Origin: Armatimonadota bacterium
GTDB lineage: Bacteria > Sysuimicrobiota > Sysuimicrobiia > Sysuimicrobiales > Humicultoraceae
NCBI GenBank assembly: GCA_037446215.1
Contig: JBBIJB010000022.1
Location: 2,733-25,112 of the forward strand
Direction of reading: 5' to 3'
DNA length: 22,380 nucleotides
Shown: positions 16,115 through 22,380 of the stretch, in pieces
Layout of the letters: every line of letters begins with the position of its first letter
Position numbering within the stretch: position 1 is the first letter of the stretch
The notes under the pieces: generated by a model
What the model was told of the DNA's origin: nothing
The model's database searches: none
The model's input: only the letters and a program-made list of their open reading frames with translations
Program-made: the position numbers and the translations under genes

Positions 16115-17476
16115 GTGTCAACCGAGGTCTCGGCAGTCGAGCTGTGGGAAGAGGCACTGCGCAGGATAGAGAGCCAGCTCAACAAACCCACCCTCGAGTC
16201 GTTTCTCCGGGTGATGCGCCCGGCAGGGCTCCAAGCCGACACCTTCCACGTCACCGTTCCCAACCGGTTCGCCAAGGATTGGGTGGAGCAACGGCTGATG
16301 GGTGTCATTCGAGGCGCGCTGAAGGAAACGGCCGGCCGCGAGATCGCCGTCCGGGTTTCGGTCGTGGACGGACCGGTCTCCTACGGACAGCCCGCCGCGG
16401 CGGCGCCCCCTGCTCCGGGCCCGGCTCAGATCAGGAGTCCAGAGGGGATGCACCTCTCCCCCAAGTACACCTTCGAGACATTCGTTGTCGGGGCGGGAAA
16501 CCGGTTCGCGCACGCGGCATCGCTCGCCGTCGCCGAGGCGCCGGCAAGGGCCTACAACCCGCTGTTCATATACGGCGGCGTCGGGCTCGGCAAGACCCAC
16601 CTCCTGCAGGCCATCGGGCATAGGGTGCTCCGAAACGCGGGGATCGCCCGCGTCGCCTACTTGAGCAGCGAGAAGTTCACGAACGAGCTGATAAACTCGA
16701 TTCGGGACGACAAGACGCTGGAGTTCCGACACCGCTACCGCAGCGTGGACGTGCTGCTGATCGACGACATCCAGTTCCTCGCGGGAAAGGAGCGCACCCA
16801 AGAGGAGTTCTTCCACACCTTCAACACGCTTCATGAGTCGAGCCACCAGATAATAATCTCGTCGGACCGCCCGCCGAAGGAGATTCCGACCCTCGAGGAC
16901 CGGCTCCGGAGCCGGTTCGAGTGGGGGCTGATAGCCGATATCCAGGCACCCGATCTTGAAACCAGGATAGCGATCCTGAAGAAGAAGGCGGAGATCGAGG
17001 GGATGCTGGTGCCCGACGAAGTCTCCGAGTTCATCGCCCAGCGCATCCAGACCAACATCCGCGAGCTGGAGGGAGCTCTCGTGCGGGTCGTCGCCTACGC
17101 CTCGCTGACCCGGTCGCCGGTGAGCGCCGAGCTGGCCGCGGAGGTGCTGCGCGACCTGCTGCCGCCGGCCAGGGCGCGGGTGGTCACGATACAGGCGATA
17201 CAGACCGCGGTCGCCGCCTTCTTCGGGATCCGCGTGGAGGAGATGCGCGCCAAGCGGAGGACGAAGGGCGTGGCCTTCCCTCGGCAGGTGGCGATGTTCG
17301 TGGCGAGAGAGATCACCGACGCCTCCCTTCCGCGAATCGGGGAGGAGTTCGGAGGCCGCGACCACACCACGGTCATGCACGCCTGTCAGCGGGTGCGTGA
17401 GGTGCTGGACCGCGACTCCCATCTTGCCGCGAGCGTGAAACGGCTTGTGGAAGACCTGCAGCGCCAGAGCGGATAA
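16115..17476 (+). CDS. dnaA: Chromosomal replication initiator protein DnaA
   Basis: KYTFETFVVG, YNPLFIYGGVGLGKTHL, LLIDDIQF, RLRSRF, NIRELEGAL, GGRDHTTVMHA. GTG start with SD GAGGAG. Confidence 0.99.
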   Translation: MSTEVSAVELWEEALRRIESQLNKPTLESFLRVMRPAGLQADTFHVTVPNRFAKDWVEQRLMGVIRGALKETAGREIAVRVSVVDGPVSYGQPAAAAPPAPGPAQIRSPEGMHLSPKYTFETFVVGAGNRFAHAASLAVAEAPARAYNPLFIYGGVGLGKTHLLQAIGHRVLRNAGIARVAYLSSEKFTNELINSIRDDKTLEFRHRYRSVDVLLIDDIQFLAGKERTQEEFFHTFNTLHESSHQIIISSDRPPKEIPTLEDRLRSRFEWGLIADIQAPDLETRIAILKKKAEIEGMLVPDEVSEFIAQRIQTNIRELEGALVRVVAYASLTRSPVSAELAAEVLRDLLPPARARVVTIQAIQTAVAAFFGIRVEEMRAKRRTKGVAFPRQVAMFVAREITDASLPRIGEEFGGRDHTTVMHACQRVREVLDRDSHLAASVKRLVEDLQRQSG

Positions 17477-17663
17477 CCTGTGCACAAGGGGCGTGCCCGG
17501 AGCGGGAGGAGCGGGGGGGCGAGGCCGGGGTCGCGGATGCACAATCCATCCACGTCCCGTCAACAGGGGGCGACCGGCGCAAAGGCGCGTCGCTCATGGA
17601 TGCCGGCAATTGCCAACACTGTCAACACCCTCTATTAGTACTACTGTAGTTATTGATTAAATA
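17468..17663. promoter_or_regulatory. oriC part 2: degenerate DnaA boxes, DnaA-trios and AT-rich unwinding element
   Basis: TGTGCACAA 17479-87. Boxes at 17535, 17546 and 17557. Abutting TTGCCAACA/CTGTCAACA 17610-27, CCCTC spacer, TAT-TAG-TAC-TAC 17633-44, then AT-rich TGTAGTTATTGATTAAATA. Confidence 0.8.
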
Positions 17664-17684
17664 CCTTAGGAGAAGGAGACGGGC

Positions 17685-18794
17685 ATGCAGTTTGTGTGCG
17701 CTCATGAGAACCTGAGCAAGGCGGTTGCCCTGGTGGGCCGCGCGGTATCGACCCGGACCACGATGCCGATACTGGGCAACATACTCCTGGAAACCCGAAA
17801 GGACGCGGTCAAGCTCGCCGCCACCGACCTGGACCACGGGATCCAGACCGAGGTCCCCGCCAAGGTCAAGAAGGGCGGCGCCATCACGCTTCCCGCCCGC
17901 CTCTTCTCCGAGATCGTCTCCAACCTGCCCGGAGAGCCGGTGCTGGTGAAGGTCGGCGAGGGCGGAACCGACGTGGAGGTTCAGTGCGACAGGGTCACCT
18001 ACGACCTGGTGGGCCTTCCGGCCACGGAGTTCCCCCTGATGCCCGAGCCCGAGGCCGCGCCCGTGGCCACCGTGGACGCCGTTCTCCTGCGCGCGATGAT
18101 CCGTCAGACGGAGTTCGCGGTTTCAACCGACGAGACCCGCGCCTTCCTCACGGGTCTCTATCTGGTGATGGACGGTAAGGAGGTCCGCCTGGTGGCGACC
18201 GACGGCGGCAGGCTCGCCCTGCGCACCGGGGCCCTGCCGAAGCCGGCCACACAGAAGGTCGGGGTCATCGTTCCCGCCAAGACGATGCAGGAGCTTGCAC
18301 GGGCGCTCTCCGGAGTGGAGGGAGACGTCGAGATATCGCTCGCGGAGAATCAGGTCCTGTTCACGATGCCGGGCGCCAGGCTCGTGAGCCGGCTGCTGCC
18401 CGGGCCGTTTCCCAACTACCAGCAGGTGATCCCCCAGGCGTATAAGCAGACGATCACGGTCGGGGTGGAGCGCCTGATCGACGCGGTCCGGCGCGTGGCC
18501 ATCACCGCCAGAGACTCCGCCAACGTCGTGAGGCTGCAGGCAGAGGGCGACACAATGACCCTGGCCTCGAACACTCCCGACTACGGCAGATCCGAGGAGA
18601 AGGTACCAGTCTCTACCGAGGGCGAGGTGATCGCCACCGCCTTCAACGCGCGCTATCTCCGCGAGTGCCTTTCGGTGCTGGACGTGGGCGAGGTGACCCT
18701 GCAGCTCACCGGTCCGCTCAGCCCGGGCGCGGTGCGTCCCGCGGGCCAGACGGACTACACCTATGTCCTGGCGCCGGTGCGGGTTGCCACCTAG
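17685..18794 (+). CDS. dnaN: DNA polymerase III beta sliding clamp
   Basis: MPILGNILL, ATDLD, ATDGGRLA, SRLLPGPFPNYQQVIP, AFNARYL, C-terminal LAPVR. Directly follows dnaA. Confidence 0.98.
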   Translation: MQFVCAHENLSKAVALVGRAVSTRTTMPILGNILLETRKDAVKLAATDLDHGIQTEVPAKVKKGGAITLPARLFSEIVSNLPGEPVLVKVGEGGTDVEVQCDRVTYDLVGLPATEFPLMPEPEAAPVATVDAVLLRAMIRQTEFAVSTDETRAFLTGLYLVMDGKEVRLVATDGGRLALRTGALPKPATQKVGVIVPAKTMQELARALSGVEGDVEISLAENQVLFTMPGARLVSRLLPGPFPNYQQVIPQAYKQTITVGVERLIDAVRRVAITARDSANVVRLQAEGDTMTLASNTPDYGRSEEKVPVSTEGEVIATAFNARYLRECLSVLDVGEVTLQLTGPLSPGAVRPAGQTDYTYVLAPVRVAT

Positions 18795-19062
18795 GCGCGA
18801 GGTCGGCATCCACACCGAGAGCATCGCCCTGGGGGCCCTCCTGAAGTGGGCGGGCCTGGTCGGAACCGGGGGCGAGGCCAAGGAGATGGTGGCCTCCGGG
18901 CGCGTGAGAGTGAACGGCAGCCCAGAGACCCGCCGCGGCCGGCGCGTCGCCCCGGGCGACGTCGTCGCGATCCTGGGCGGGCCGGAACTGGTCGTCTCGA
19001 GGGAACCCTCCAGGGAAGCGAATGGCCCTGCTCCGACGGATCCGGCTGAAGGCATTCCGTAA
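18784..19062 (+). CDS. yaaA: S4-domain RNA-binding protein YaaA family
   Basis: IALGALLKWAGLVGTGGEAKEMVASGRVRVNGSPETRRGRRVAPGD. Canonical dnaN-recF position. Start inferred at TTG 18784. Confidence 0.88.
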   Translation: MPPRREVGIHTESIALGALLKWAGLVGTGGEAKEMVASGRVRVNGSPETRRGRRVAPGDVVAILGGPELVVSREPSREANGPAPTDPAEGIP

Positions 19063-20110
19063 CTTCGACGAGCTGGACCTGGCTCTTCCCGGTGGGGTGG
19101 TCGCGTTCGCGGGCCCCAACGGGCAGGGGAAGTCCAATCTCCTCGAGGCCGTATACATGGTGGCGACCGGCCGCTCCCACCGCACCGTCCAGGAGGCCGA
19201 AGCGGTCCGTCACGGCGAGTCCGCCGCCAGGGTGAGGGCGGTTGTCTCTCGGCGGGGACGCGACGAGGAGATCGAGCTGACGCTGCGGGTAGAGGGAGGG
19301 CGTCTCTCCACCGAGATGCGCGTGAGCGGCGCGCCGACCCCGCGCGGGGGCGTCCTAGGTAGACTCCCGGTGGTGATCGCCGCGCCGTGGGACCTGGAGC
19401 TGGTCAGGGGACCGGCCTCCGGCCGCCGACGCATGCTTGATGGAGCCCTGGCGCAGTTGAGCCCCGGCTACTTCTTCGCGCTTCACAGATACCACCGCGT
19501 TGTAGCGCAGCGCAACGTGGAGCTGCGGCGAAAGGCGCCCCAGGGACTCGACCCGTGGGACGCCCAGATGGTGACCCTGGGAGGCAGGATCACCGGCTAC
19601 CGGACGACCCACCTGCGAAGGATGGCCCCTCTCGCGGCGTCCTGGTTTGGGAGGCTGGGCGGCCAGGGAAGGCTCGCGCTCGGATACGCTCCTTCCTGGA
19701 AGGGAGAGGGTGAGGAGGAGATAGTGGCCTCGGCCAGGGAGGCAATCGCGCGGCTGCGCGCCGATGAGATAAGGCGGGGGGCCACCCTCTCGGGGCCGCA
19801 CAGGGACGACGTGACCCTCGGCCTCGACCACAGCGCCCTGCGCGCCAACGGCTCGCAGGGCCAGTGGAGAACGGCGATGCTCGCGGTCAGGCTGGCCGAG
19901 AGGGAGGTGCTGGAGGCGGAGCTCGGAGACTCTCCGGTCCTGCTGCTCGATGACGCGCTGGCGGAGCTCGACCCCGGCCGCCAGAGGCGGGTGCTGGAGT
20001 TGGGAGTGGAGGGGCAGATCCTCCTGACCACCACCCTCCTGCCCGCGACCGACCAGCCGGTGCGGGTGTTCAGGGTAGAGGCGGGCGCGGTCGTGCCGGG
20101 TGAGCGGTAG
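19022..20110 (+). CDS. recF: DNA replication and repair protein RecF
   Basis: FRN, Walker A GPNGQGKSNLLEA, GPHRDD, signature GSQGQ, Walker B VLLLDD. Confidence 0.97.
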   Translation: MALLRRIRLKAFRNFDELDLALPGGVVAFAGPNGQGKSNLLEAVYMVATGRSHRTVQEAEAVRHGESAARVRAVVSRRGRDEEIELTLRVEGGRLSTEMRVSGAPTPRGGVLGRLPVVIAAPWDLELVRGPASGRRRMLDGALAQLSPGYFFALHRYHRVVAQRNVELRRKAPQGLDPWDAQMVTLGGRITGYRTTHLRRMAPLAASWFGRLGGQGRLALGYAPSWKGEGEEEIVASAREAIARLRADEIRRGATLSGPHRDDVTLGLDHSALRANGSQGQWRTAMLAVRLAEREVLEAELGDSPVLLLDDALAELDPGRQRRVLELGVEGQILLTTTLLPATDQPVRVFRVEAGAVVPGER

Positions 20111-20412
20111 TGGTCACGCCGCTTAGGGAGATACTGCGGGCCGCGGCGCGGCGGATGGGAATCGAGTCCGTCGCCTACCTGGTCGAGGCGCAGGCGGCGT
20201 GGCCGCGCGTGGTCGGTCCGGCCCTGGCGGCGGAGAGCGCGCCGGTGCGGCTGCGCAAGGGGCTCCTGCTCGTAGGCGTCAGGCATCCGGCGGCCGGCCA
20301 CGAGATCCGTTTGAGGCAGGGAGAGATAGTGCTGGCGCTGGCAAGGGAGATAGGGGAAGGGGCCGTGACCGCCGTACGGCCGGTCGGTCGCCGGAAGCTG
20401 CCCGGACGATAG
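20110..20412 (+). CDS. dciA: DUF721/DciA family protein (putative replicative helicase loader)
   Basis: WPRVVGPALAAESAPVRLRKGLLLVGV pattern typical of DUF721. Located between recF and gyrB. Confidence 0.75.
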   Translation: MVTPLREILRAAARRMGIESVAYLVEAQAAWPRVVGPALAAESAPVRLRKGLLLVGVRHPAAGHEIRLRQGEIVLALAREIGEGAVTAVRPVGRRKLPGR

Positions 20413-20440
20413 GTGCGCTGCGGGCCGACCAGGAGGCGAG

Positions 20441-20722
20441 ATGAGGATAGGGGTATACGCGCACCTGGGCCAGGAGATGGTTGTGGACGTCCGGAGGGTT
20501 GTCGCCATCCTCGATGCCAGGCGCCTTCAGAGGAGCCCTTCTGCCCGCGCCATGATCGAACGCGCCGCGAAGGAGGGGCGCCTGATCGCGGAGGGAGCCG
20601 CAGGGGAAGCCCGAGCGATCGTGGTCACCGACACCCGTGTATACGCGGTAGGAGCCACCGCGCAGACGGTCGCCAGGCGTATCGAGGAGGGTGCCAACTC
20701 CCGGAGGGTAAATCGCCTGTAA
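20441..20722 (+). CDS. remB: DUF370/RemB (YaaB) family protein
   Basis: YAHLGQEMVVDVRRVVAILD...AIVVTDTRVY...TVARRI, matching the RemA/RemB pattern. Upstream of gyrB as in Bacillota. Confidence 0.78.
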   Translation: MRIGVYAHLGQEMVVDVRRVVAILDARRLQRSPSARAMIERAAKEGRLIAEGAAGEARAIVVTDTRVYAVGATAQTVARRIEEGANSRRVNRL

Positions 20723-20748
20723 TATAGACAGGGCGTGGCTTTTCACCG

Positions 20749-20777
20749 TTGACACCCCGCCATCGGAATGGTAGGAT
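20749..20777 (+). promoter_or_regulatory. Sigma70-type promoter for gyrB
   Basis: TTGACA(20749-54)-17 nt-TAGGAT(20772-77) with extended -10 TG. Confidence 0.8.
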
Positions 20778-20820
20778 TATTGGTGGGCATGCGCTTCGGG
20801 GCGTGTGCCCGCTTGCTTGA

Positions 20821-22380
<1,560 letters not shown>

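Noticed and set aside
16118..17563. 481-aa antisense ORF over dnaA
   Set aside because: Shadow ORF typical of high-GC3 genes, with no recognisable motifs.

Overview
High-GC bacterial chromosome segment spanning the replication origin. The minus strand carries one tightly packed run: rpmH-rnpA-yidD-yidC(frameshifted)-jag-rsmG-parA-parB-HD-DUF554-DUF4446-PRTase-gcvT-gcvH-gcvPA-gcvPB-Ser/Thr dehydratase. This is followed by lexA (two Gram-positive-type SOS boxes), one or two unannotated small ORFs coupled to lexA, and a tail-anchored TPR gene converging on an M50/CBS protease. The plus strand carries dnaA-dnaN-yaaA-recF-dciA(DUF721)-remB(DUF370)-gyrB(partial). The origin looks bipartite: a DnaA-box cluster at about 14885-15143, and boxes plus DnaA-trios and an AT-rich stretch at about 17468-17663. 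The most unusual element is a gene between the upstream DnaA-box cluster and dnaA that encodes an RsbT/SpoIIAB-like GHKL ATPase/kinase fused to a winged HTH. Also notable are the lexA-coupled microproteins, a frameshift in yidC, a variant parS inside parB, and substitutions in the GyrB quinolone-resistance region. No rRNA, tRNA, CRISPR or mobile element was recognised. All family assignments come from motif recognition by eye, not database searches.
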